From Tubiluchus corallicola (taxonomy: Eukaryota; Animalia; Priapulida): a DNA stretch of 64,000 bases. Made by a program: the position numbers and the translations under genes. Positions 28,173 to 41,407 of the stretch are shown in pieces. Below the pieces are notes generated by a model. The model did no database searches, was not told the DNA's origin, and saw only the letters and a list, made by a program, of their open reading frames with translations. The DNA is taken from NCBI GenBank assembly GCA_030141605.1, contig JAQGDQ010000003.1:620001-684000 (forward strand), written 5' to 3'. Position 1 is the stretch's first letter; each line of letters starts with the position of its first letter.

Positions 28173-28270
28173 TAATATCGATCTAATCGGGACTTAAACA
28201 GAGAAGAATTAATAGCACTGAATACATTTTCGAGGAAGTTATTCCATTCGTCAACTACTCCAATCTCTCG
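28173..28270 (-). mobile_element. 3'-end fragment of a CR1/L2-like LINE ORF2
   Basis: Minus strand reads VVDEWNNFLENVFSAINSSLFKSRLDRY*, matching the typical VV..WN.LP..V....S...FK.RLD C-terminus of CR1/L2-clade reverse transcriptases. Confidence 0.55.
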
Positions 28271-29082
28271 TTTACTGCTCCATCTATTGGAGGCTGCTCT
28301 TTGTTTTGGATTTTGTACGCACTCTTCCATTATTTCCTATCTTGGAACGAAATGTAGCTTACCTGTTAAACAGGGGTCATAATTTTACATTTTGATAGCT
28401 ATCAGTATCACTGATATCTATCGACTTAGTATTTCTAATTCCAAAATCTCTGGAATGCCCGTCCTCGAGAAATTGTAAATGCTGTTACTATCGGCTCATT
28501 TAAAAGAAGACTAGATAAATATCTGTATACAAGGGAACTTGTAGTTGTAGAATTCATGTTCGTCGAAGAATGCACTTTGTACTTTTGTCCATCCCAAGCC
28601 AAAAATTTGTAAAAGCCTCCTACTCTTATTTTAATTTGTTCATTGTTAGTCAAAAATAGTACTCTTTCATAGTAGATTATATTCATTACAACTAAGCAAT
28701 TTGCGATTGCGATACTCGACTCTCTCCACCTATCCGAGGCGTTCTCTCCACCTATCCAAGCAAGCAGTTTTACCATGAAATTACGTATTGCAATATACAA
28801 TGCAACTTGAAACTTCAAAATTGAAAATTAACGCCGTGATTAGTAAACAAAAGCAAACTTGATGTCTCGCTGTATGTTGCTATTAAATTTAAGTTTGTTT
28901 TATTGATGCAGCTCAGTTCAGTGCTTGGACCTCTTTTACCAGGAGAGTGTTAAAACTTAAAACAGCTACTCGACTGAGTTGGCTCAAATAAAAAACAAAC
29001 TTACGTAAAACAACTTATTTCTGCAACCAGTATTTTGGATAACAAGCCAATTTTTTAATTCAATTCAATTTATTGCTCAAAC

Positions 29083-29285
29083 TATTATTATTATTATTAT
29101 TATTATAATGTATGTAGGCAAAACACAATACAGAACATACATGTCAAATAGTGCATATATATATATATATAATATATATAATATAATATATTATATTATA
29201 TTATAATATTAATATTATATAATATATTATATATAATATTATATATTATATATAATATAATATATATATAAAATTAATTTATATG
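29083..29285. repeat. (TTA)n and AT-only low-complexity tract
   Basis: A tattattatt run followed by about 120 bp composed almost solely of A and T. Confidence 0.9.
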
Positions 29286-31496
29286 AGCTTTGTGGAAAAG
29301 GTTATTTCCAGTGACAGTAGACTCAAATAAATTTTTCAGGTAAGCAGTAACAATAGTCAACATTTTTGGTATAATTTGTCTTTACATAGATAAGTTAGCT
29401 AGCTAATGAAAAAGAAGTACACTGATACAAAACCACATTTAAATATTGTACTTTTCAGTAATGGAGAAAAAAAAAGAAAAAATGACTTGAGTAGTATTTG
29501 TTTCAGCTATTTGAATAAAAGTTTATAAAGAATAAAATAATAATTAACGAGTTATAAAAGAGTTAAGATAAAAGTTTGCTGCCGTAATGCTGATTTCTTC
29601 TTCCCTGGAAATTGGAGAAGTTGTTGCCGACTTAAGTTCCTTGTACTGATGTGGACTACAATCCAAACTTATAAATATGTGAAGCATGAGCACAAAGCCT
29701 ACAAAAAGCAAAAGAAAAACAATTAATAATCTACACTTTATGCAATACATAATTATGCAGCCATGTTTAAAATATCTCAACTCTTAAGCAGTTGAATACT
29801 TCAAAGATTTCAATTGAATTAAAAACAGTTTATTTGCTCAAATATGTGAGAAAAAATATATATTGGAAAATGCATGACTTGTTATAACTATTACACAAAG
29901 TACCTTCAATAAGTTCACCCTTGAAAACAAACAAAAAAGTTTAATTAATGATTAATTAAGACTAATAACATGAAAAGCCTACCGATATTTACATTAGACA
30001 AAATAATATTATGTTCAACCAGCATTTCTCATTATTGTTTATGTATTTTATAAGGAGTTTTTATGACAATATACTGTATTTAAAATGCACCTAAAATTTC
30101 TGTCTGATTCAACTCTTCAGGCCATATTTAATGACCCATTTTGCTTTTTAATGAGCTAGTAAAGTTTGAGCAGGATTTTTAGGGTTTTATAACGTCCACA
30201 AAGCATAAACTTCTCTTCTTCACTCAGAATCTCTCTTCTGATAAATATTGAACTCTAGATCTTCGTCAAACTAAATTGCATACATATTACAACGCAAGGA
30301 AACATTATCTAGCTACAACGCCAATAGAAATTACAGCATGGTCAGCATCAACTCTACTACCTCATCAAATCTTGCAGTCTTTAATGGCTTCTAAGATCAC
30401 TTTTGTTATAGCATAATCTATAGTTGAACATAGGTCTACTCTTCTATTAGACCAAGAATGTATATCCATACCAAGCCATATACAATTTAGGATGCTTAAA
30501 CCACATGACACACAAAATTGTTCAGTAGTTCTCAATTAGCACTGACTTCACTCCCAAACTCAGCTGCAACTGTGACTATTGCTAAAATCACCCGCTTAAA
30601 ACTATAGCCACCTACAGTTTTAAGCACAACACAACAACTTCCGCATTTCTATTAATATTGTCTATTCTTCTGAAAAATATGTTTGTCATCCAGACCTTTT
30701 TCAACACATTCATTTTATAGACATGCATCTCTTTACATAGGCACCTGTTCCACCTCTTTTCTCCCCTTCCTATTTTCTGCTAACAATAATTTTGTAAGTA
30801 TATTCATGGCCACATTGTACAGTATTGTCATCTCTTAGTGACAAAGAATATTAGTTTCCTAAGGGTAGATTCGCTATGAATAGTTTTGCTCGTAAGATCG
30901 TTCGTTAATAGCATTATTAGGCTTATTCACAAAAATTTCGTACCTAAGAAGATTGTTAAAATGTGATAGCAACTTTTCGAAAAAAAATCCTACGAAATTT
31001 GTTGTGAAAATTTTTGTGAACGTGTAAGATAATCCGGCCCCTGGTTCAACCGCTCAAGGGTCTCTATAATTAGTTTACTTAAATTGTCAACGGTCCCGCG
31101 TTCTAAAAACTAATCCCACAAGGCTCTATTGTTTTTATTTATTTGTTTTCTTCTTCGTAAAAGAAGTTAAAATGCCCATAATTTTCAAGAAATTCTTTAT
31201 TTTTTCATAAGCTTTCGTCCAGAAGCTTCTTCACAAACGTTCTTTTATGATTATAACTATGGCAAATCTTAGAAGAGCTCTCTCTTGTTTTCTTCTTTTG
31301 TTTTCTCTCTGCTCTTAAATTGTTTTTCCTAAGCTATTGCTGATACTTTTACTGCTCTACTGTTGAAAAAACTTTGCACTCCCTCTGTGGGTGCATACTA
31401 CTTTTTACAATAATTAAATGTACGTGAATTAAATTTAATTGTCTGCACTCTGGAGTGGATCAGCCCCTGCGATCCGCCAAATGCGCTGAAAAGAAA

Positions 31497-31538
31497 CAGA
31501 TCACGTGATCTGCGATTTCATCAGCCTTTTTTGCATCG
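31497..31538 (+). promoter_or_regulatory. PSAT1 proximal promoter: palindromic E-box plus C/EBP-ATF (CARE/AARE-like) element
   Basis: Perfect 16-bp palindrome cagatcacgtgatctg (31497-31512); atttcatca (31515-31523, reverse complement TGATGAAAT, fits TGATGxAAx); near-match tttgcatcg (31530-31538). Locally CpG-rich, about 200 bp upstream of the ATG. Confidence 0.55.
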
Positions 31539-31727
31539 CTTGGCTGCTCTAGTACACTGGTAGTGTCTGACACATTTTAGTCATTCTGCCTTCGGAAGGA
31601 TTGCTGCTTTGTCAGATTTGTTTATTTGGGCTGTGTAGTTTCAGCTATTTTTCGTTTTTAAAGTTCGTTTTCTGTCCTTTGCATAGGATTTCACATGCGG
31701 CTTAAACTTGCACGAGTTTCTCACACG

Positions 31728-34700
31728 ATGTTGATGAACGGAACAAAAGTCATAAATTTCGCGGCTGGGCCATCCAAATTACCAGAAAAGGTAAGTAGTC
31801 CTTAGAAGCTAAACCTTTAAAAGTTAGTTTTTTTTGCATGGGCTTCCGCTTAAGTGAAACCTATCTTCTGTTTTAGTTGGGTAGGCTTTATTTAATAAGT
31901 AACTGCTTAATAATAAATAACTTATAATAATACTGTCTTGCTTAGAGGTTAAGCCAGTGCACTCATACAAACCCCTAATTTTTCCACAAAGTAGTTGCCA
32001 GTTAAGGTTTAAACTTTACTAGATACACTGTAGTAGTACCGTATACGAGCGATTGTAAACCTTTACTGTAGAAAATTAATCTTTTCTGTGGAACTACTCA
32101 ACTAGACTCGAAAATGTACATCAATATTCATCAAAGACGAACTTGTGAAGTTTAGAGTTTATAATTAGGCCCTAATGCTGAGTAAGTGCGGCGTTCACAA
32201 AGTGCGATACACCCAATAGTTGTTAAACCCTCTGAATATAATCTAATTGGTATTGAAATGTTGAGGTGAAAGCATTCAGTAATCGCATATCAACCATCAC
32301 TATTAAGAGGTTGCAGCTAGAGATGCATGTACTCAGATATTCATTTGTGATCAGAGAATCAGCATTAACCATTAAATTTGTACTTTTGTTGCGGCCCGAA
32401 TTAAATACATCGTTCAGTATCTAGGCACTATCACTATTAATTGCATTTCTGTGAATGTAGTAGTGAATGAAAACTTTAAACTACTTTACTGTGTTGTTTG
32501 AAAAATATTTATCGTAGTCAACTGTTGTAAATTTCATATTTTTATGCCTGTGCATCTGCACAAATAAGAAATCATTGTTAGATTTTTAGCCAGCTATGGT
32601 TACCATTTAAGTTTACCATTCTTTTTTAATAGGTGCTGGAAAAAGCAGCCAAGGAGATGTGCAACTACAAAAATACTGGTCACAGTGTTATGGAAATGAG
32701 TCATCGGTCATCAGATTTTGGTGACATACTACATAAAACAATTGATCTAGTAAAATCGCTATTGTAAGTGTGTGTATAACAAAGCTTGCCTGAATTATTA
32801 TCAAGCAGTTTTATCATGCAAAGTTTCTTCATTTGTTCTGATAAAAAATGAGTAATATTTTATCTGATTAAAATCCCAAATACTGCTCAAATACAGCCTT
32901 AATTGTTGGACATAAAGTCTCCTTCTGGTGCCAAAGTAATGACTTTTTTTAGTATGATTGCATGTAATGTAAACAGTTTGTCACATCGCAGAAAATGTTA
33001 CTGAATACGAAATTTTGTAGGTACATCTTTTGCGTACTGACATTAAGTTATTATTAACATTTTGTTTAACTTAGGAAAGTTCCAGTGAATTACCATGTGT
33101 TGCTTATGCAAGGTGGGGGAACAACTCAGTTTAGTGCAGTTCCACTCAATCTCATGCAAAGGGGACGGTCAGTTGACTACATTGTTAGTGGTTCTTGGTC
33201 AGCTAAAGCTGCAAAGGAAGCTGAAAAGTTTGGAAAAGTCAACAAAGTTGTTCCTAAAGTAGAAGCACATACGGGTGAGTGATGTGTGCATGTTCACAAG
33301 ATTCCCACTTTCGAGTGTATTGTAGCGACATTTGTTTATAATGTTGATAAGGGCATTCTTAATACAGATTGTTGTTGTATATTCGTGAAGCCGCAGTTAA
33401 GGTTATGGGCATAATCTTCTAAGATGAGACGCAGCATAAACAGAGAGGTGAGATCCATGTTGTGGTAGCAGGCAAGGGTAGTACATGACAGATGAATTTT
33501 CCTAGAGGGAGTTTTCCCATTTTTGCTTAACTTTGACTGCAAAACACAAGCTGTAGATGTATATATATGTATGTATGTATGAAGTTAGCATATTTTTAGA
33601 TTGTTAGATTGACATCATTACCTTAGCATTAAATGTGATTGTAAATGTGTGATCAGAAGTTCATGCTTGTTGATGTTCATTACAGTTTATGCTACAGGCA
33701 CTGACATCATTGCTTATCATCTCCTTGAGTGTCACAAGACAGTTTTTATTGTCAGGTTTCTGTTGTAGTTTCCATGCAGATTTTTTAGTTTTGTGTGGTA
33801 CTATCGAATAATGGATATATTAGAAACAACTGGCAAAAATTATTGGACATAAATTTTAATTAATTTTTTATTTAGGTGTTCCTTGCACAAGTACTTGGGA
33901 TCCATTTGATTCAGAAGCTGCATATGTCTATTACTGCGACAATGAGACCATTCATGGTAAGCTGCTGTTCGCAGGGTGGGCCCTCAAGAATGATAAGTAT
34001 GGTAACTAATTGTACCCGATGGCATTTCTTTTTTCATCATTTGGATGAGCTTAATGCATGTGAGTGATTAATTATAGAGTAAGATCCATAGTTTGCTGTT
34101 TTAAAGTTGTGCTTTTATGAAACTGTATCTTCATTTATGATTAACAGAGATGTGAAAGAGAATCAAGGCTTCGGGGACCACTGTGCAAAAACAGGTTTTG
34201 CTGCAAGCTTTGTTTAAAAAAATGCCTTTTGTGATTGTTACAAAAATAAATAAACATGAAGTTTTTGGGGACCACAGTTATAAAAACATGACTGTGTAGA
34301 AAGCTTCATCGGTACAGTCTTGAGGACCACAGTTTATTGCTGTGTAGAGACTGTTGGTTAGTAATTGCTTCTGATTAAAATTTCAAAATATTTCTGTGTG
34401 CACAGTGTAGAAACCTTCGTTTCTAGTTTACATTTAAATTTTATGTGCTATTATAAGACTGTAGCAGTTTATTTACCACATGCAGTTTGATTAAATTTTA
34501 TTTTGTGCATTCGGGTGCAATTATGGGGTTTAAGAAGTTCAGCCCGTTATCGTCAGTCATTGTCATTTGCTTTGCTTGACCTTTGTCGCTATTTTACAAT
34601 ATTCGTTTAGGCATCGAGTTTCCTTTTGTCCCGGAGACCCACGGCATACCTCTCGTCTGCGACATGTCTTCTAATTTTCTCTCACGACCAGTTGATGTAT

Positions 34701-37700
34701 CAAAGGTGGGTTTGAATTGGCAGCCCGAGTTTTGGCGACTTAAACTCCTGTCGCTAGAATGTTCTGCATTTGACCATCAGGGCTATACAGCCACCAGTGG
34801 AAGCAGATGACAGAACTAAACGATCAGCACAAGATGTGATGGGGGAATATGGCTGCACCATTTCATACTTACAGTCTGTTAATGTATATTGTGTTAATGT
34901 ACCTACATTCCGCCTGTGCATGACGTTGCAGAGCCATGCTTAGCAATTTCGACATTGCCTTTCTCTCCAAGTTATTCCTTTGTTATTTAATAAAGTTATA
35001 TTTTATTTTAGATGTAAGAAGCAGATTGGAATGAAATTGCTGTTGCACAATACACCAGTAGGCACAAGTTGCTCAGAGCATTGCTTAAAGGGCTGTTATG
35101 TGCTTTGCTGAACATGATTGCAACAGCATTTTCACAGTGTCTGAGGAGGTTGTTTTGAAATCTGTCGCACTGTGTCCCTTTTGACTGCAGAGCTCTGCTT
35201 AGCTTTCATGGTTCACAGGCGCTGCAGAGAGTAACAGCATCTTTTCCTCTCATTTTCTACAGAAATCTGGACGACACTTGCCTTGAAGCAGTGAAAATGC
35301 AATTATATTTATGATTTGCATATAGTGATAGTAAATTTTAATAACTTTCATATTTAATACTTATGTAAGGTAGTAGTAAGTATGTAGTATTTCATAAATA
35401 CAATTCAAATGACTTCACATTTAAAAATTTGCGATATTATTCACATGCATTTTTAAGGTCATTGTAATATTTACTTTATAGATTCAACATAATCCTTGAA
35501 ATAATTAGGAGAACCTCATATTTAATTTCTGTGGTACCTTATGGCCATTTTCAAGAGTACTAATGAACTAAACACTATAAAATCTTTTTCAATCCTATTC
35601 CTTGTTGGTACATCTCTAATTTTTTGTAGTGCTGTCTTCTAAATCATTTCTTTCTAGTGTAGCACTAAAGCTTGTATAATAATTTGATATCTAGTGTAAC
35701 ATTAATTCTTGAAAGTAGTTGAAATCAATGCATGAACATAATTATTCGTACTGTGATTGTCTGATCTGTGCTTTAGTTGCTGTAGCTAGTTTAAAGTATC
35801 TGCACTATGTGCCTGACTCTACAAGGTTCTTAGCAAATTCGCTATACATCATTTTTAATAGAATCACATTTAATAACAAAAGAGCAGGAATATCATCTGC
35901 TATGGGAGGCATTTTTATTGGTTAAGGAGATTTTTTGGCATTTTACACTAAAGTAGATCTCATTTGGTCACCAAATTTCACTTTTTGTTTGTTATTCTTA
36001 TGCCTTATTTACAGTGGAATACTACTTACCTCATTCACAAACTAATCACTTTCATTTTTATTATGTCTGCTGATTTTTATTTTTGGCATTAAAAATTAGT
36101 CTGAAACAGAATATGTAAAAATATATATATATAACAAAGTTTCGTGAAACACTAAAGCATTTGTTAAGCTTTACGTATTTTGGGTCACGTCAAGTGTTTG
36201 ATCTGATGATGCTTGCATGTATATGTATATATTTAAAATTTCCCAATGTCTGATGTTAACATGCTGTCAATTTTTAGTTTGCCATTCATAATTGTGTTTT
36301 TAGTATGGTATGATATTTGCTGGTGCACAGAAGAACATTGGCTGTGCTGGGGTGACGGTCGTTATCATTCGCGATGATTTAATAGGTCATGCGATGTCAC
36401 ATTGTCCTACCATGTTAGACTACAAGACGCATGTAGCACATAAGTCACTATATAACACACCTCCAACTTACAGGTATTGTGCTGCTTTCCTTGGTTGCCT
36501 GACTGGTAAACTGTTTTTTAGACGAAATTTAAATGCATTATGAGTAAATTGTGTGATCTGTGTCTCATATTGAGTAATCCGCTGTAAAACTAAAAAAGCA
36601 GTTACCAGTCATAATTTACATGTGTGGTTGTTTGTGTGCTGATATAAAAAAGTCCAAAAAGTCCAATTTACAGAAATTGATTAACTTTCCAATAAATATG
36701 TAAAAATCTGTACAACATGTTGCAACTGAATATTACTCATATATTACAGTATCTACATCATGGGTTTGGTTTTGGACTGGATTCGAGATCATGGTGGTGT
36801 TGAAGTGATGGCACGGAGAGCAAAGGCCAAATCTGAAATGTTGTACAATGCAATTGACCAGTCAAATGGCTTTTATGTGTAAGAATTATTAAGTAATATT
36901 TATTCCATTGAGTTTATTGTTTACATTTCTGCTTTGAGCATTTGCTAAACATTTATATAAATTACATAACAATTTTTGCCAAAATACAATGTGCAACTTT
37001 GAAAAATAAAATTCTTCTTTTATCTTTCTTACAAAGCATTTTTGCATTAGAATTTATGTATGTTTTGATAGAGTGCAATTTGGTAGTTGCTCTTTGAGCT
37101 TTTGAGACTAGATATATGTATATAGTCAGCTATTGCATTTCTCCCTGATTGCGGAACCTATCTGTTACCAACATAATGCACAGAACTTTAAGCTATATTT
37201 TCCTCGTTAATTTAGGTGCCCAGTAGAAGAAAAATTCCGAAGTCGTATGAATATCACATTCCGAATTGGTAGTGAGCCCGGCGATGAAGAACTGGAGAAA
37301 AAATTCCTGGATGATGCAAGTAAGCTGGGAATGAAGCAACTCAAAGGACATAGGTGGGTATAGAGGACAATTGCTATATGTTTTAATCTGTAACAGAAAA
37401 GAAAAGAATGCACAGAAATGTTTGATTGTTGTTGCAACTTGCTATTTGTTGAAGAACAAAGAAGGCTCTTGAAAATCCTTCAGTAAACCAATTGTTATGC
37501 GATCAGTTTGGTTCACCGTTATATTGTTAAAAATGTTGGATTTGACAACATTCTTTGTTAAAGATACATGATGCTAATCATACTGTACCTTGTTAGGCTG
37601 GTTAGCAGAGCATAGGAGGTCCAGTTTTAGAAAATTTGCTGAAGTTTCTAGCTTCAGGCAATGGATTTTAGGTCATAGTTATTTCTTTCCGGCAAATTAT

Positions 37701-38450
37701 AGCAGCCTGCGTTTAGGGGCTGGCCTTGCATGTCTTGAGTTGTCAAGAAATTGGAATGCTCGTCTCAGACCTTGTTAATGATGCAGAAGCTAACCACTGC
37801 AGTTTCTTAGTTTGTAATGTTTTTATTCTAAATGGTAAAATCACTTTTCCCTGTCAGTTAAAAATGCCTTTCAACTGTCCTCTCGCAGCATAGTGTCTGC
37901 AGATCTTTTACTATTGCAAATTAACATACTGTAACTGCAAGGTGAGCTTTTCAGCGTTATTTTGGAAAATAGTCGAAGACCTTGGTTATGCAGATGGATA
38001 TGATTGAAATGCTCCAGTAACATCTAAAAAGTGCATATTGATACAATAGGTGACAGGTGTTCAAGGCCTGTCTGCAATGCAGTATGGTTAAGTTGCAGGC
38101 TTAACTGCGGTACTGTGCAAGTATAAGCACATACTCAGCACCAAGTTTTCTAGCAAGTAACTTAACTACTATGTATGCATAGCGACCTGTTAAATAGCTT
38201 GGGAACAGTGTCAGAATTTAGTGATTTACATAAAAATTTTAATCAAAGTTTGTAACTTGCTCCATATTGTTATGGCTTCCCACTTCACCATTAATGGTGA
38301 TGAGTTTTTTGTTTCAGATCTGTGGGTGGTATACGAGTATCCTGTTACAATGCCATACACATTGAAGAAGTAGAGGTCCTGGTGAATTTCATGGCAGAAT
38401 TTTGTGAACAGCACAGCAGTCCTGCTAAAGTTCAGTCTCAAACTTTATAA
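31728..38450 (+). CDS. PSAT1: Phosphoserine aminotransferase, 379 aa (390 aa from the upstream in-frame ATG at 31695)
   Basis: Nine exons: 31728-31790, 32633-32763, 33075-33274, 33876-33956, 34611-34705, 36304-36473, 36750-36878, 37216-37353, 38318-38450. Motifs [48 protein letters not shown] (PLP lysine), NTPP and KGHRSVGGIR. Confidence 0.98.
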
Positions 38451-39136
38451 TAATATTATCATTATTTATTTACCGCTGTTTAAACTTCTCTTTGCATAAT
38501 TTAAAATAACTCTGAGTAAGCTATGCTCATATTTTTCTCTTATTGCTTAAAACTTCTTGATTTTGGTCTTTCTGATCTCTTACTGTATTGATGTTCAATT
38601 ATTTCTTACAAGTTTAAATGTATCATGATTATGTTAATATTTATGTTAAATACTTATTGATGTTGCTACCTAGCATTCATTATCTACACAATAGTCAACC
38701 AGGATTGTATATAATGTATAACAATTATGTACTTAGTTAGATAATTGTGGGTTATATATCTAATGAATTTTAATTGTACATTTTTGTGTTAGCTTCATTG
38801 TAAAATCAGTAATAATTTTTATTCATTTTGTCATTTTTATTTGACACGTGAAGTACTTTATTGGCTATTAGAAAGTGAAGATTAACAATGTTTAAGAATT
38901 CAGAATTATTTGTCATAAAATAAACAAGTTCTGTTATTAATTACTCTAAACTTTTTTCTTATGTTAATATCATCGTGCATAAGTTCGCAAAAGTTAATTT
39001 CACTTTAACGCGTAGCAGTTGTCACACTGACTGACAAAAATTTGGCACCAAACATTGCAGCCTACAGTGGTAGCAATTGTGTAACCTGAATGTGCAAGAC
39101 AGTTTCATTTTTGTCTCCAAAATGTAGTACAGCATT

Positions 39137-39490
39137 TTCTTCAGTTCAATAACTAGAACGCTGTTAGCTTAGCTTTGTTAGGCTGCCCTGCTTTCTTGTA
39201 TATTAACTGACCTATGGTCATTGCACTTGACGCAGGTGGGGCATTCAGTATTAGGATTGCAGTTCAACTAGATACATTTTATCAAGTTTAATGAGCAGCT
39301 TTCTCAGCGTAGATACATTTTATCAAGTTTAATAAGCAGCCTTCTCAGTGTTCAGTAACTGGAAGAAAGCTGGCTTAATTTTGTTAGGTTACTCTGCTTT
39401 CTTGTAAACATTTAGTAGCCTGGGGTCATTGCACTTGATGCATACGGGGCATTCAATATTAGGATTCAGTAAATGCGTTTTATTAAGAGC
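39137..39490. repeat. Diverged ~205-bp tandem duplication with a nested 41-bp duplication
   Basis: tttgttagg...ctgctttcttgta...ggtcattgcacttga...ggggcattca.tattaggatt occurs twice; tagatacattttatcaagtttaat..gcagc.ttctcag starts at 39269 and 39310. Confidence 0.85.
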
Positions 39491-41375
39491 AAAGTGAATT
39501 AAAACAAGTTTGTTTACGCTCTCTTCGCTACCACTTAGTGTACAACTATTCTTTGATTATCGATTTATCATTAATGGCTGTCATTTTTCGATGTACATGA
39601 TTACATGTGTGATCATCCAGTGTCAATAATTTACGATGAGTTGCTTTACATCCGCTCTATAGTATCTATGCTATGGGTCAACACTGCAATAAGAAAGAGT
39701 GAAATACACAGTCATATTTTTATTTTGCATAGCTGTTAGTCTTGCCCTCTGTATGGTCAGCGTAGACAGTCCACACTATTATTGCCTACGTGACGACGGT
39801 GTCACTGTTAATTAATCACGTCGTATAATAAACTAATGCTGTTTATCAGTTTATTTTGTAGTTTTTGAGGAGAGTAATAGTGACTTTTAAATAATCTTGA
39901 TTAAAACTTCACACGCATTTCTTTCAATTCATTTATCAAACAGCCCAGTTAAGGCATAATGGAGCAATAGTTAACATGCTGCTGCTGGACCCTATGTTTT
40001 TTCTTTTTGTCCAAGTTAAAAATGAAGCTAAGTGAAACCCATAATGACTGCTATTAAATTTTGAAACGAATTTTTTCGGTCGAAAGGAAGGAACCGTGGA
40101 AAATTCGGCTTAAATCTTTATGGCCCGAGTTTGATTTGAACAAGCAAGGTTTGGATTATAAGCTCATTTAATTGGCTGCAATACTCCACGTAAGTTACAA
40201 AGTTAGCTCAGTATGTACCGTTCTGGATAAAACGTTAATTTTTATTAGAAAAATTTAGTATTGCGCATTAGTATTACTATTACTTACTATTATTAATCGC
40301 AATGTCTAGTCTAAATGTAGGCAAAATTACATTTTGTGTCAACCACCTGTTGGGTGTCTTATAATATATTCTGAAAGCGCACAGTGATTTTGAAAGTTAA
40401 TTTTGAAAATCTAAAATGGCCACACGTAACTTCAACTTCAGTGGACGTGCTTCGTGCCGTTATGACCTAGTAGCTAGTTTGCCAAACAGCTAAACACTTT
40501 CAAAGGAGGCCACGACTCTAATTTTACAGTATCAACACGAGCCGTTTCTCTCTAATTTAGTAACAGCTATCAGTTTGCTGACCACTACTACAGTATGCTG
40601 TGGCAACGCAATAATACACTACATACAGTAGTTATCACCACATGTGGGCCATTACACCCTGTTTGATCAACACACAGGTTGGGTATTATAATGGTGTCAG
40701 CAACACCGGCTGAAATTTTCCAAGCCAAGCCGGTGGTAGTTTTCCATTGCTTGGTTTACCCGTTATGGAGAAATTTCCACGCGCGCTTTTATTCAGGTTA
40801 GTAACAGACAAGGCACGCCAAAGAGCATTATTTTTCATTGAATGTGTGTAAAAATGTTTGGAGAAGGACAAGTTCTGGTTGACCTTTAATTTTTTGTCTG
40901 GCATGGTTCGTTTGCATAGTGCACAGACTGAAATTAAACAAAACTGAAAAATTAGACTTAGACAGGCGGCGTGCGTTTGTCAGATAAGGTTGAGATTTTT
41001 GATATTTTGACATATCGAGACATGTTTTTTAGAGACTGAAAAATCCATTTAAAATTCAAGCTTTCTTCTATATTAATTTTAATTAGTTTGTTTCCATAAT
41101 GGCTGTGATATATGGGGCAATAGATAAAACTTAATAATACCAATAGTTAGCCTTTATATACAATTGCTTATTTGCTCACTTGAAATTAATGTAGATCATA
41201 ACACATGCCGTAAGCTGATACTGACAGTGTCAATATTGATATATTAATTATTAGAAAATGAAATTAATAAAAAAATACACAATGGACAAAAACATTTTGA
41301 GTGCACTGTTTTGACCTATCTTCTGGTGAAAGGGAAAACGAAGAAACAGTGTAAAGAAGTCGCCGTTTTCGTACA

Positions 41376-41376
<1 letters not shown>

Positions 41377-41406
<30 letters not shown>
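41377..41406. repeat. (TA)n microsatellite
   Basis: About 15 TA units. Confidence 0.9.

Positions 41407-41407
<1 letters not shown>

Noticed and set aside
28435-28818. 127-aa ORF as the first coding exon of the ALMS1-like gene
   Set aside because: It stops before the donor at 28362, and the frame matching the next acceptor contains a stop; more likely promoter or 5'UTR.
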